DNA from: Eledone cirrhosa
Lineage: Eukaryota
Direction of reading: 5' to 3'
DNA: 64,000 nucleotides
NCBI GenBank assembly: GCA_964016885.1
Contig: OZ024740.1
Location: 366,358,001 to 366,422,000, forward strand
The notes beneath the pieces are model-generated. The model was not told the origin of the DNA. It saw only the letters and a list, made by a program, of their open reading frames with translations, and searched no databases. Positions 1-12,707 of this stretch are shown here, piece by piece. How positions within the stretch are numbered: the first letter of the stretch is position 1; each line of letters begins with the position of its first letter. The translations under genes and the position numbers were made by a program.

Positions 1-157
1 GATCATCCTCCTCATCATCACCATCATCATCAATATCAGCAGTAGCACCATCACACCCCCATTATCATCTATTCCTCCTCCTCCTCCTCCTCTTCCTCCT
101 CCTCCTCATCATCATCATCACCATCACCATCACCATCATCACCATCATCATCATCAT
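1..157. repeat. (CAT)n/(CCT)n microsatellite
   Basis: Imperfect CAT/CAC/CCT triplet runs. Confidence 0.9.
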
Positions 158-1099
158 TGCTGCATACTAACATTGTTTTGTTTTCCTTGATGACTTGAGT
201 TTGATCTGTCTTCAGCATAGTAAAAAAAAAAAAATCTCCATTCATCTTGATTTTTCATCATGTTGTGTGTGAGGTGTAACATTATCAGATCTAACCACAC
301 TTCTTCCCATCATGTTATGTGTTTCTTAGGTCTTCTTCTACCATGATTACATTCCAATGCCTGCTTACAACACTTTTTCATTCATCAGGTTTTGTCTACT
401 ACTCTTACATATCACTATCATGTAAAAGAAGCAGACGAAATCTCATGAATGAAAAACTTGTGAGCTGGCAGTGGAAAGCCACCAATGAAGCCTCTACATG
501 GTTGTTCACTCTTCTAGAAATAGCAGCTAAATTTCTCTCATATCATGTAATTTTATAAAAAGGAAATATTGAATAATAAAGCAATCACAATAAACCTGTA
601 ACACCTGGTGTAGTCATAAGGGTGATGTAATAACATAGCATTTCTTGGGTATTTTAAACCTGACTGAGCCCATCCCTTTCCAGGTCTGAATATATCCCAT
701 GCTCTAATTATTCTGCTAATTTACCACCTCATATAAGTTCATAAGAAGATTCCTAGAAAATTACAATAAACCCAATTGTTATCAGAAGTATAGTGGAACA
801 CATAATTCTCTTATACTTGTGAGTTAAGTTAAACGCTGCACTTCAAGCTAACAAGATATTCATCAATTTTATTGTAGTACTGAGTGAGGTGTACCACTAT
901 GTAGTGTCTATTCACAGTTGAATCAAATAGGGTGCCTCCACCTGGTACCTGATCTGTTAGAAAGAATAGCTAAATAAAGCAGTACATTTTACATAAAGCA
1001 TTATGAGATAGGTAATAAATAAAGTGTTTGGAAAGTCGGTACAATATAGATAGAAATATAAAGGGGGTACTGAGGTAAAAGGAAGACAAAACAAAATAA

Positions 1100-2155
1100 T
1101 GTTTCTTTACCCAATATATTTCTTCATGATATTTCAAGATGAAGACCTTCTTTTCAAATAAATGTAGAAAAACGAAGTGTTCTGTTCTCATGAAGATTTC
1201 TTATGTTGTGTGAATGGTTGACAGTTGGATTGTACATGAATAGAGTATCATAAAAGCCACTCTGCTTCATGTAGCTCCATTCTATTGTTGATTAGTGGTC
1301 TCTTGCATGTTTAAAATTATCAACAATAGAACTGAGCTACATTGAACAAAGTGGGTATTATGAAGCTCTGCCAAAGTGGGTATTATGAAGCTCTGCCAAA
1401 GTGGGTATTATGAAGCTCTACCAAAGTGGGTATTATGAAGCTCTGCCAAAGTGGGTATTATGAAGCTCTGCCAAAGTGGGTATTATGAAGCTCTGCCAAA
1501 GTGGATATTATGAAGCTCTGCCAAAGTGGGTATTATGAAGCTCTACCAAAGTGGGTATTATGAAGCTCTGCCAAAGTGGGTATTATGAAGCTCTGCCAAA
1601 GTGGGTATTATGAAGCTCTACCAAAGTGGGTATTATGAAGCTCTGCCAAAGTGGGTATTATGAAGCTCTGCCAAAGTGGGTATTATGAAGCTCTGCCAAA
1701 GTGGATATTATGAAGCTCTGCCAAAGTGGGTATTATGAAGCTCTACCAAAGTGGGTATTATGAAGCTCTGCCAAAGTGGGTATTATGAAGCTCTGCCAAA
1801 GTGGGTATTATGAAGCTCTGCCAAAGTGGGTATTATGAATCTATGCCAAAGTGGGTATTATGAAGCTCTGCCAAAGTGGATATTATGAAGCTCTGCCAAA
1901 GTGGGTATTATGAAGCTCTACCAAAGTGGGTATTATGAAGCTCTGCCAAAGTGGGTATTATGAAGCTCTGCCAAAGTGGGTATTATGAAGCTCTGCCAAA
2001 GTGGGTATTATGAAGCTCTGCCAAAGTGCTATCCAACTGTCAACTACACACACATCATAGGAAAGGTTCACGACAACAGAACGCCTCATTTTTCTACATT
2101 CATTTGAAAACAGGGTTGGTACCTTAAAATATCCTGAATAAATATAGTGGGTAAA
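1100..2155. repeat. Diverged foldback (inverted repeat) with a minisatellite expanded in its right arm
   Basis: 1156-1186 and 1217-1235 are reverse complements of ~2075-2105 and ~2026-2044; 1241-1292 is the reverse complement of ~1319-1370. Confidence 0.8.
1347..2028. repeat. 25-bp minisatellite (CCAAAGTGGGTATTATGAAGCTCTG), ~27 copies
   Basis: Units start every 25 nt (1371, 1396, ... 2021) with no spacers. Confidence 0.97.
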
Positions 2156-4130
2156 AATAGTAGTTCTTCCTTAAATCTTCCTTAATGCTTTAGAATTTGA
2201 TCCGGGCATATCTGGCCAGAATTCTCCCACCGTTTCTGTTCAAACTGGCTCTAACTGACCAATCATTGAAATAAATAATATCTAAATCTCATAGAATCGA
2301 TATTATGTGAGATAAAGCCTTTACCATGAAAATACAATAGCATATATAGAGTAATGTAAATGCTAAAGGGTTAAACTCTATCACCTTTAAAAAAAGGACA
2401 TGTGCAATGTTTCCTGCATGTAAAAAAAACAGAATGGCTACAGTTATATGCTTTTGATCATAGATCTGTCTGTTTTGAGCTGACTTGGGGCTAAACAACA
2501 ACAAAAATAGTCTTCTCCTAGCTAATCAGTCTTAGCTATTTGAAAGTTACATGTTCTTGCCATATACACAGTACTATACAGCTGACAGTATAAAAACTAC
2601 CAACTCAACCCCATCATCTAAATTTCAACTTTCCTATATGAAAATATCACAATGGGTCATTAGGTCAGTACTTCTTTGCTTCAAGAAGTGAGTCATGTGT
2701 TGAAGTACCTATATCTTATATGTAGGCTGTTGACAATAGCTGGAAACCATAGGTAAGAGAATGCAGTGAGATGGAATAACTCAACTGGGAATTGAACTTG
2801 AAATACTGAGATTACTATTATTATTTGGAACTCTCAACTAGCAAATCTAAATGAAAGGAGCTAATTGTCAGATTGGACCAGTGAAGCAATGTTTTACTTG
2901 GCCTTTCCATTGCTGATACTATCTATTGGTCACAACTCCTGGCAGAAGGAGCAATGTGAAATAAAGTATTTTTCTCCAGAACCCAACACACAGCCTGGTC
3001 CAAGAATCAAACCCATGACTTTATGATCACGAGCCTAACATTCTAACCATTAGGCCATGTGTTAAAAGCTTGATACTAACATGGTCTGACTCAGGGCAAT
3101 AGTTTTATCAAGTTAGCCTTGATCTTTTTAGAAATAGTAAATGGGATAACATCACAATTTTTACCAGATTAAAGTACTCTTCACTCTTTTTCTATCATAT
3201 ACACAAACATACATACATACATGCACCACACATATATATGCACACACACACACATACACACACATGTAGACATATATACACATGAACACATACAGTAATA
3301 CACAGATTCTCACACATCTCTGTCTTATTTGGCAGGAATCCACAGGTAATCTCTCTGTGACTTTATCAACTGCTCTATTTTTAACCATGGGGAGAGGGGA
3401 AAGAACATCAGAGTGAGTTCCTCATCTCAAATTATTATCTTTAAGAGACTCCCTTATCGCTTTTATTTATTTTTTCTCATCTTCTTTCTCCCCCATTTTC
3501 CCTTCCCCAATCTTCCATCTATCCCATCTTCCTTTCTTCCCTCCTCCATCTCACACACCTTTGCCTCCTTCCACCTTGATTCTAATTTAGATTCCACTCC
3601 CTTCCCTCTAGGCAATTCTTTAGGAAATAGTTATGTTTGAAGTTCTGTTGTTCTAGGATGAAGATAGTAATGGTGGGGGTGTGATGATAATGGGAGGGGT
3701 TATGAGGAGTGATTGATGGTAATTCTCCTGCCTATTCTTATTACTCTTATTGTGGGGTGAGTTTTTCAATAAAAGATCAATGCTGACTGTACCACCCATC
3801 CACTTACCCACCATACTACCTTTCAGTCACCTATTTACACCTATCTACCCTATCCACTCAATATGGCCCATTCTTCATCCACATAATTCACCCCCATCCA
3901 TCCTTCATCTACCTACCCACCTCCATCCAGCCAACCAGCACATCCACTTCTACACTGCCATCTATCTGATAGGAATGGCAAGCATTATTTCTGGAATGAA
4001 ATTTGATTGGAGCAGGGCCAAATTGATAGTAAAATGAAATCCACCTCTCCCTACCACCAACCATTCAGTTCTTGAATGAATGACACTCTACCACTGACTC
4101 CTACAAGTCTCATGGAGAAAGAAGCTAAAC

Positions 4131-4290
4131 AGTGAAAAAATCTAACTGGTGAATCAAGCTTAAAAGTGAATCAAGCCAAACAATGAATCAAGTTAAATGG
4201 TGACTCAAGTTAAACAGAGAACCAAGCAAGCTAAATAGGGAGTCAAGGTAAAGGTTGAATCAAACCAAATAATGAATTAAACAAATTTCA
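4131..4290. repeat. Degenerate ~17-bp tandem repeat (GAATCAAG core)
   Basis: gaatcaag/gactcaag/gaaccaag recur at ~17-nt spacing. Confidence 0.6.
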
Positions 4291-4889
4291 GATTTCAAGC
4301 CAAATGTAAATATCACTGAACAGACATTATCACCAAGGATACATATCAATGTCTTCTGCACCAGAAAATGAAGTCTTATGGCAACTTTTGTGAACTTTTC
4401 TCAAGCATTTGTTGATGTCGTGGGTTTCTGTATGTCTCATGAGACCATAGATCTGCAAAATCTGAGTCAGGTTTCATGAAGAGGATCAGCAGTAACCCAT
4501 GCAGGTGTTCTTTCTCCATGTGTTGTTTAAGGGAATACAACTAAGCTCCATTGCTGTAACAAGTACACCCAGAATTCAAAGAGCCAAAAGAGATATTGCA
4601 AGACAGCTTGTCTTATGTGCTAACAATTTCACCAATCCAACACCCTGAGCTGCTAATTTATTTATACACCCTGAATATATGAAAAACAAAGTTGATCTCA
4701 TCGGGATTTGAATTTAGAACAGGGATCTGGAAGAAATTTCATAAAGTATTTAATCTGACTAACGATTCTGTCAATTCACCGCCTGTAAATGGAGCTGCAT
4801 TTCAAGGTATAAGTTTCTATCAAATACCAAATTCATTTATTAACATTATTATATCAACTCTTGGTAACATGAACATATTTCAAGGAAAC

Positions 4890-5270
4890 TCACTTGTGAT
4901 ATATGCTGCCTATTAGCGAGATATGGGTGGTGAATGCAGAGGATATGTGAAGGCTGGAGAGAAAGAAAGGGATCATGCTCCAATGAATGTGTAATGTTAG
5001 TATGCATAAACGGCAAAAATGGGTGGGCTGAGAGAAAAGCTGGGTATAAGGGAAATCAGATGTAATATGCAGGTGATAAGACTGCACTGATATGGACATG
5101 TGATGATCATTGGGTGAAGAAGTGCCAAGAAATTCTAGTGGAAGGTAGAGACAGTAAAGGAAGACCAAAGAAGACCTAGATTGTGAGAGCTGATCTCAAA
5201 TTATTGAATCTCAAAGATGTAATGATGAAGGACCACAATGAGTGGAAGGATGCTGTGCTGAAAAGCAAAG
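4890..5270 (+). mobile_element. Highly decayed RTE LINE 3' fragment
   Basis: Resembles the better-preserved RTE copies in this window (RLERNE...MLRWMCN...LRWYGHV region). Confidence 0.55.
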
Positions 5271-6288
5271 ATAAAATGATAACAATATCTTTGTAAGATC
5301 AATACATTGTCATGACCCTCAAGTCTTTGTTTCTTGATATATAGTGTATCTAGGACTATATTATTCAATGTCTCCTGTCAAGACAACAGGTCAAACAATC
5401 ACATAGAAGCTCCTTCATTGGTTCAGCTCACTCATATTCTGTTGGAGGCAACGGTGCTAGCAATGTTTCCGCTACCTTCTTTTATTTCTTATTTCACTCC
5501 TCCTCCCCCTTAAAGCCATAATTTTTCTTCAGTCTGTTCTATAGAAAGAACTTCTTGTCTATATTTTTTGCCACACTTTACAACATAGAGCTCCAGTTGG
5601 CACCTGTTCTTCAAGTAAAGCAACATATGGAATTAGTAAGTAGCTTGCAGTAATAATATGATGTGTGTAGTCTTGTGGCTGCAACTGGTAATTAGTAATT
5701 AGTGCATTTGCTTGAATACCTGTAAGAGTGTGTGTATCTGTATGAATATGCATATATTGTTAGTATGTGGATAATTCCAAATACCTGCCTTCTCGTCTAT
5801 ATATGTATATATGTATATGTGCGTGTAATGTATGTATGTATGTACAGCATGGAAACATGTACGTTAAATGATGATGCGCATGCAGACACACACACTTACA
5901 TGCAAACACAACCTTCCACACTCCTCTTTTTCCTTACTTTTCTTTTTCCCGATGAAGGACTGACATCTGATATGTTGAGACATTTATTTTTGTTTTTATC
6001 CCCCCTTTTCCAACAAGTAGGAAACTGATAAAGCTTTGTGTAATCGTATCTCTGTTTGTTTTTTAAAATCTTGAACTATATATATATATATGTATATCAT
6101 CATCATTTCACGTCTATTTTCCACGCTAGCATGGATTAGATGGGTTGTCTCGCTTGAGGCAAGTCAGGCCAGGTGACTGTGTCTTGTTCATACAGAACTG
6201 TCTTTGGCTTGGTTTCAACGAGATTGGAACTGGCTTTGCAAAGTATACTTCTTAACCATTTGGCTATGCTGGTTCCACACTCTCTACA

Positions 6289-6344
<56 letters not shown>

Positions 6345-6469
6345 TGACACACACATGTATATGTGTTCAACCCTTGCTAGCAGGGAAAGCAAACATTAAT
6401 TAATGATGATGATGATGATGATGATGCGTGTATACCTGTAAATCTATATACATATATATGTATATATTG

Positions 6470-6780
6470 TGAAGGTGCATTACTCTGTAGTTAAGGTTTT
6501 GAACTCACAATCTTACAATTGTGAGTTCGATTCCTGAACCTGGTGGGGTGGGGCAGGGTCTGGTGCATTGTGTCCTTGAGCAAGAGGCTTAATTTTACAT
6601 TGCTCCAGTTCACTCAGTGGGCAAAAATGAGTTGTACCTGTAATTCAAGGAGTTATGACATATTGTGTCACACTGAATCTTCATGAGAACTATGTTTAGG
6701 GTGCACGTGTCTATGGAATGCTTAGCCACTTACAAATTAATTTCATGATTGAATCAACTAGAGCCCTTGAGCTTATGGTG
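6470..6780 (+). mobile_element. tRNA-derived SINE, family B (also ~14860-15170 +, ~17445-17670 +, ~23480-23730 -, ~47960-48240 +)
   Basis: B-box-like gagttcgattcc, CORE-like ttgtgtccttgagcaag...ttgctccagt...ctcag, shared tail gctgaatctccctgagaactatg. Confidence 0.7.
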
Positions 6781-6849
6781 ATTTGACAACAACAACATAT
6801 ATATGATGATGATATTTATATATATATGTATATATACATATATAACATA

Positions 6850-7175
6850 TCATCATCATCATCATCATTTCATTTTACGTCTGCTTTTTCCCTGCTTGCA
6901 AGGGTGGGACGGGAACTGATTCTAACTTGATTTCTACAGCTGGATGCCCTTCCTAACACCAACCTCATTTACAGTGAGTGCTGGGTGCTTTTTTGCCGTG
7001 ACACCTCCACGACCACTTTGCAGTGGAATGATAGGGACCCCAGTCCCTATCATCTCATTTCTACAGCTGAGTAAACTGGAGCAATGTGAAATAAAGTGTC
7101 TTGCTCAAGGAAACAACACATCACCCGGTCTGAGAATTGAACTCACAACCTTTCGATTGCAAGGCCAATGTTCTA
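6850..7175 (-). mobile_element. tRNA-derived SINE, family A (RTE-type tail)
   Basis: Near identical to 12708-13049. Confidence 0.85.
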
Positions 7176-7186
7176 GGTCCATTTTT

Positions 7187-7393
7187 TCAGTGGAATGATA
7201 GGACCCTTGTCCTATCATTCCACTGTAAAGTGGACGTGTAGGCGCCACGGAAGAAAAAGCACCCAGCACTCACTGTAAATGAGGTTGGAGTTAGGAAGGG
7301 CATCCAGCTGTAGAAATCAAGCCAGAATCAGTTCCCATCCCACCCTTGCAAGCAGGGAAAAGTGGACGTAAAATGATGATGATGATGATGATG
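7187..7393 (+). mobile_element. SINE family A 3' half, inverted relative to the preceding copy
   Basis: gttaggaagggcatccagctgtagaaatc...ggacgtaaaa(tga)n. Confidence 0.8.
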
Positions 7394-8087
7394 TTATAAG
7401 TGTGTGTGTATGAGTGCGTGTATGTGTATATATACACCTTCCACTTATATTGTCAAACGATATAAAGCTTGATGAAAAACTAATAAAATGGCGATACTCT
7501 TTTGTTATTTTCCCTGTCAAAGTGGCAGTGTGCCAATGATTATCTTATTGAAAACCTGTAATCAAGGATGCATTTGTTCAGCTACTGTAATATAAAATGA
7601 ATAGAATAACTAAATAAATATATAGCTCTATGGTGCAATGTCTTGATGGTGTAATGGCAGGTATGCTTTTTTTATTTGGTCATTAAACAAGAGCAACATG
7701 GTTTAAATTCTATCAGAATAGCATCATTGGTAGAAGAAAGCCTTGACTATCTAAGGTGATAGTTTAGCTGACAGCAAGTGAAAATAATATTTCTGTGCAG
7801 TCCAAAATATTATGATGAGCAAAGAGATTGAAAATGTATATTAGGAAAAAAAGAAAAAAAAATGGTTTACAGAGGCTATTAATAGAAAGCAGAATGAATG
7901 GGAAGAGAGGAACAAGAAAAACTAAGAATTACTTGGATGGAAAATATCAAGAATTGGACAGTCTTCAAATATGGTGAATGTATAAAGAAAGGCAGCACAG
8001 AAAAGACTGAGATGGCAATTCACTGTGTTCAATCTTCCGAGAGAAGACTGTAACTGATAATGATGATGATGATCAAAGAGGTTTGTT

Positions 8088-8515
8088 ATACATACATACA
8101 AGCATACATACATGCATACATGCATGCAAACACGCACATACATACATACATGCATACACACATATATATATATATGCAAACACATACATACATGCACATA
8201 CACATACATACATGTACATACATACATACAAACATACATACATACATATACATACATACATATACATACATATACATACATACATATACATACATACATA
8301 TACATACATATACATACATATACAAATACTTACATACATGCACATACACATACATACACACATACATACATGTACATACATACACATACATACATGTACA
8401 TACGCATACATACATGTACATACATATATATACATACATATATGTACATACATACATGTACATATGTCCATACATACATACATACATACATACATACATA
8501 CATGTACATATGTCC
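8088..8515. repeat. (CATA)n-type degenerate microsatellite
   Basis: Explains the H/T/Y/I and M/Y/V/C pseudo-ORFs. Confidence 0.95.
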
Positions 8516-9150
8516 ATAAGGCACTATAAGAAGATTAACCCTTTCTTAGCTGCTTTATATGCTATCTACTTGGCCAAATGCCTTAACACTCAATAGCTCA
8601 CTGATAATAACTGTAAGATGGAATGGTTCATCACTAGTGTTAAAAGAAAAGGAGGTGCAAAGTTTGTGAACGATTTGTGATATGATACAAATCTCAACAA
8701 AAAGATTGTAACATTCAATTCTATGAACACCATTCCAGAGAGGACTTACAATGTATGACTATAAGGTGTTTATAATATTACTCTCTTGCTCTCTCTCTCA
8801 TGCATACACGTATATAGATATATATGCACATTCATTCAGATGCATGCAGGCACACACACTTGCAGAAAAACTCTATTTCCCCCTCCTTCTAGAATAGATA
8901 TACTGTATCCCTGCATGTTGTATGAGATAGCTGAAAGGGTTGATGTTAGGAAGGATCTTCAGCTGCAAAACTGCCTCAAAATTGCCCATCCAACCCATAC
9001 CAACATAGACAAGCAGATGTGAAAAAGATGAGATGGATGATAATGGCATTATTATATCATCCCCACCAACATTTTTACATCTAGCTTTCCATGTTTGTAT
9101 GGGCTGGCTGGAACATCTTGTGACAGTTTTTGTAGCCAGAGGGATTTATG

Positions 9151-9257
<107 letters not shown>

Positions 9258-9291
9258 ATAAGATCAAAAGATGGTTAAAAGAGTTCCATGT

Positions 9292-9360
9292 ATTTTATTA
9301 TGCGCATTTCAAAAACAAATATCATCATGCAATAACATTTGCGTTTTCGTCAGATAAAAT
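9292..9360 (-). ncRNA. Type I hammerhead ribozyme, canonical core
   Basis: Minus strand: ATTTTAT-CTGACGA-long stem II-GAAA-TGCGCA-TA-ATAAAAT; 7-bp stem I, palindromic stem III ATGCGCAT, AUA cleavage triplet. Confidence 0.8.
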
Positions 9361-9494
9361 AGGGAGACATGATATGAAGGTTAAAAAACACTTGTGAATA
9401 GTGCAGTTTTAAATCAACATACAACAAACTGTAGAGTGCTACTTATCCGATATCTGCATTGCTTTATTGTACTACAATAAAACTCACCTCCTAC

Positions 9495-9536
<42 letters not shown>

Positions 9537-9709
9537 ATATTTATATTTATATTTATATATGTTTGCTATAACTATAAATATGTAGGGTAGTACTAAGTAC
9601 TAGCTGGTTACCGGTATGACAAAAAGCTCAATGCAAAATTTTCAAGTGTTTTACAGAGCCGAGATACAAAGTGTTAAAACGATCAAATTTTAGTTTAGAA
9701 CATTTATTA

Positions 9710-9754
9710 GCTGACAATTGTTTCTTCCAGAGGGAAGTCTGGAATCATCGGAGC
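9710..9754 (-). ncRNA. Type I HHR motif, CCGATGA core variant (left arm)
   Basis: Reverse complement of 10460-10504. Confidence 0.65.
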
Positions 9755-10459
9755 ATAAGGAATGTCGATAACGTGTAACTAGAATCCTAGTCATTTAGAA
9801 CATTTAGGGTACATAGTTGTTATTAGTGTCAAAGGCATCATGTGGAGATTCAGGAGTTAAAAAGATGTTCCGCTTGAAATAACACAATTACAGGCAGCAC
9901 TGGTTGGAAGTGTAATAGGTATAAGTAAAAGTAAAAAGCACAAGCAAAAAAATCACAGGGACAATCGGTGTACAATGCAGGAGTCAATACAGTCAATAAG
10001 GCATGTATGAGGAGAGAGTTATAATGCAGTTGAAATAAACATATTTTGTGTGGGGTGTTAAAGCATGTTATATTTGTTATAAACATTTAAGATAATGTGC
10101 AATTTGTTAAATTTGCACACCATCTTAAATGTTTATAACAAATATAACATGCTTTAACACCCCACACAAAATATGTTTATTTCAACTGCATTATAACTCT
10201 CTCCTCATACATGCCTTATTGACTGTATTGACTCCTGCATTGTACACCAATTGTCCCTGTGATTTTTTTGCTTGTGCTTTTTACTTTTACTTATACCTAT
10301 TACACTTGCAACCAGTGCTGCCTGTAATTGTGTTATTTCAAGCGGAACATCTTTTTAACTCCTGAATCTCCACATGATGCCTTTGACACTAATAACAACT
10401 ATGTACCCTAAATGTTCTAAATGACTAGGATTTAAGTTACATGTTTCAACATTCCTTAT

Positions 10460-10504
10460 GCTCCGATGATTCCAGACTTCCCTCTGGAAGAAACAATTGT
10501 CAGC
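10460..10504 (+). ncRNA. Type I HHR motif, CCGATGA core variant (right arm)
   Basis: GCT-CCGATGA-TTCCAGA cttccc TCTGGAA-GAAA-CAATTG-TC-AGC; GUC triplet, palindromic stem III. Confidence 0.7.
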
Positions 10505-11147
10505 TAATAAATGTTCTAAACTAAAATTTGATCGTTTTAACACTTTGTATATATATATGTATATATATATCATCATCATTATTGTTTAACATCCATTTTC
10601 CTTGCTAGCATATATATATGAATGAAATAATTATATTGTGTTGTTTATTATGTAATTAAATAGCACTGTACGATACATAGAGCACTCTTCTTTCCTTTAC
10701 CTTTTCTACCGAAATTTCTTACATATATATATATATATATATATCATCATCATCATCATCACCGATTTACGTCCATTCTTCCATGCTAGCATGGGTTAGA
10801 TGGGTTGTCCTGTTGTGGGCAATGCCAGATTGGGTGACCTTGTCTTGCTCATATGGGAACTAATTTTGGCTTGATTTCTACAACTGGATGCCCTTCCTAA
10901 CACCAACCTCATTTACAGTAGTGGCAAGTGAAAAGCCCCCAGTACATGCTGAAATGTGGTTGGCATTAGGTAGGGTATTCAGCCATAGAGAAACCAAGCT
11001 CCAAACCAATCTGTATGACCAAGATTTGACCACTTGATGTGTTTAGCCTCATAACATGGCAACTCATCTAACTCATACAAGCATGGGAGATCGACATTAA
11101 AAAGGTGATGATGATAATGATGACGATTATGATATATATAATTGTCA

Positions 11148-11356
11148 GAAGAAATAAGATTCTGTTTATCACTTTGGTCAGAAAATATAATAATAAAATG
11201 TTTATGATTTAAATCTATTTCTTTCATCTATCATGAGACTTATCAAGATATATACTTAGTTCTTGTTAAGTCTCATGAAAGATGAAAGTACTAGATTCAA
11301 ATTATAAACATTTTATTATTATATTTTCTAACCAAAGTGATAAACAATCATTCTTC
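11148..11356. repeat. Foldback, ~95-bp arms
   Basis: tgtttatcactttggtcagaaaatataataataaaatgtttat is mirrored by ataaacattttattattatattttctaaccaaagtgataaaca. Confidence 0.85.
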
Positions 11357-11416
11357 TTCTTCTTCTTCTTCTTCTTCTTCTTCTTCTTCTTCTTCTTCTT
11401 CTTCTTCTTCTCCTTC

Positions 11417-11447
<31 letters not shown>

Positions 11448-11470
11448 TCCCTCTCCTTCTCCTCCTCCTT
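11351..11470. repeat. (TTC)n/(TCC)n microsatellite
   Basis: Direct reading; probably the (AAG)n tail of the adjacent RTE relic. Confidence 0.9.
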
Positions 11471-11479
11471 GCCTTGCTT

Positions 11480-12090
11480 TTGGTCTACCTCTGTCTCCTG
11501 TGAGTTGGTTTTCATCATCAAATCTGTCAGCAATTCTTTCCCCAGACATGCTCACCATATATCCATAGTACTGAGGCTGTAATCTATGCACCCTATCGAG
11601 TATCATTACTCAAAAGACCCTTTGGAGGAACCCCATTTCAGATACTTGTATTTGCAAATCGTATTCTTTCGGCAATTACCCAAGATTTATAACCATAGGT
11701 AAGGGTAGGCATGAACACTGAATTAAAGATAGCTAGTTTGCCTTTTTACACCTACTTCTTTTCTTCTGATGATTGAGTGCTGAAGCTAGCACATTACTGC
11801 AATGGCATCTGCAATTCTTCCATCTAATTCAGCCTCTTGCTTTCTATCTCTTGTGAAAACGTCCCTGAGATACTTGAACTTCTCCACCTTTCATCAGTGG
11901 AGCTCCAATCACATGTAAAGTGCATTGCACAGGCTTTCTTGAGAGGATGAGAGTTTCAGTCATTGCAGAACTGATTTTCATTCTTGCTGTGCAGCACTCG
12001 GTAGCAAACCAATCAAGTGCATGTCGGAGTTCACATTCAGACAAGTTAAGTAGTACCATGTTGTCTGCATATTCCAGTCAATTGATTCTA
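11480..12090 (-). mobile_element. Decayed Rex3/Expander-like RTE LINE 3' part (related fragments ~19480-19950 +, ~30315-30645 +)
   Basis: YADNMVLL...FATECCTARMKISSAMTETLILSRK; sister fragment RVHSSEIRESLQVE...IERSQLRYYGHVVRM; (AAG)n tails. Confidence 0.65.
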
Positions 12091-12396
12091 CTTGTGTCTT
12101 ATTACTTCTGATAATTACATCTTTATTAAGATATTCTTCTCTACACAACCAAACATTTAGATATACATACAAGTACATACACACACTCACACACACACAT
12201 GCACACAAATACATACACACATGTATGTATTAATACACTATGTGTTGTTTGTTTATGTCTCATAACTTAGCTGTTCAACAAATAAGGAATAATAAAATAA
12301 GTATTGAGTACTGACTTCAGTGCAATGACTAACATCAGTAAAAGAGTAAAATATACCAAGTACTTTTTCTCTAGTTTCTTATTATAGACTTATATA

Positions 12397-12496
12397 CAGG
12401 GTGTCCCCAAAAAGGTATACACACTTTAATTACCTGTACAGGCAGTATTTATTAGAATGCTGTTGAAGTGTGTATACATTTTTGGGGGCCACCCTC
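12397..12496. mobile_element. ~100-bp Tc1/mariner-type MITE
   Basis: TA|CAGGGTGTCCCCAAAAAGGTATACACACTTTAA ... TTGAAGTGTGTATACATTTTTGGGGGCCACCCT imperfect TIRs. Confidence 0.75.
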
Positions 12497-12510
12497 TCTC
12501 TCTCTATATA

Positions 12511-12562
<52 letters not shown>

Positions 12563-12566
<4 letters not shown>

Positions 12567-12701
12567 GAAGGAATTGTGGTAAGGAACCAGATGGACCATA
12601 ACGCACCAAAGTACTCAATACTTAGGGTAGTAGAGTGGGTAATAGGAACAAGTATGACCCCGAAGGTAGAGCTCAAGCCGTTTCGACGGCTATTTCTGGA
12701 C
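12563..12701. mobile_element. PLE-derived repeat fragment (homologous to 43061-43294), with half of an HHR
   Basis: Shares aggaac...gacccc...gagctcaagccgtttcgacggcta with 43061-43117; its first part matches 43215-43294 inverted. Confidence 0.6.
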
Positions 12702-12707
12702 GTATAT

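Larger units (their letters stand above)
9664..10550. repeat. Near-perfect ~440-bp-arm palindrome (likely PLE pLTR-derived)
   Basis: Arms are reverse complements (mirror ORFs 9850-10086 and 10129-10365 differ at 2 aa); centre near 10106. Confidence 0.95.

Noticed and set aside
1347-2028. CRISPR array
   Set aside because: Contiguous 25-bp units with no unique spacers, no cas genes, eukaryotic context
4131-4290. Mini-CRISPR-like repeat/spacer pattern
   Set aside because: Only an 8-nt core with related intervening bases; a decayed 17-bp tandem repeat
4560-4916. Host coding exon(s)
   Set aside because: Splice-like signals exist, but the frames are short and unrecognisable
7922-8596. His/Tyr/Ile- or Cys/Met/Val-rich ORFs here and in other (TA)n/(CA)n tracts
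   Set aside because: Microsatellite translation artefacts open in several frames
9850-10365. Duplicated 78-aa gene on opposite strands
   Set aside because: By-product of the palindrome; no recognisable protein features
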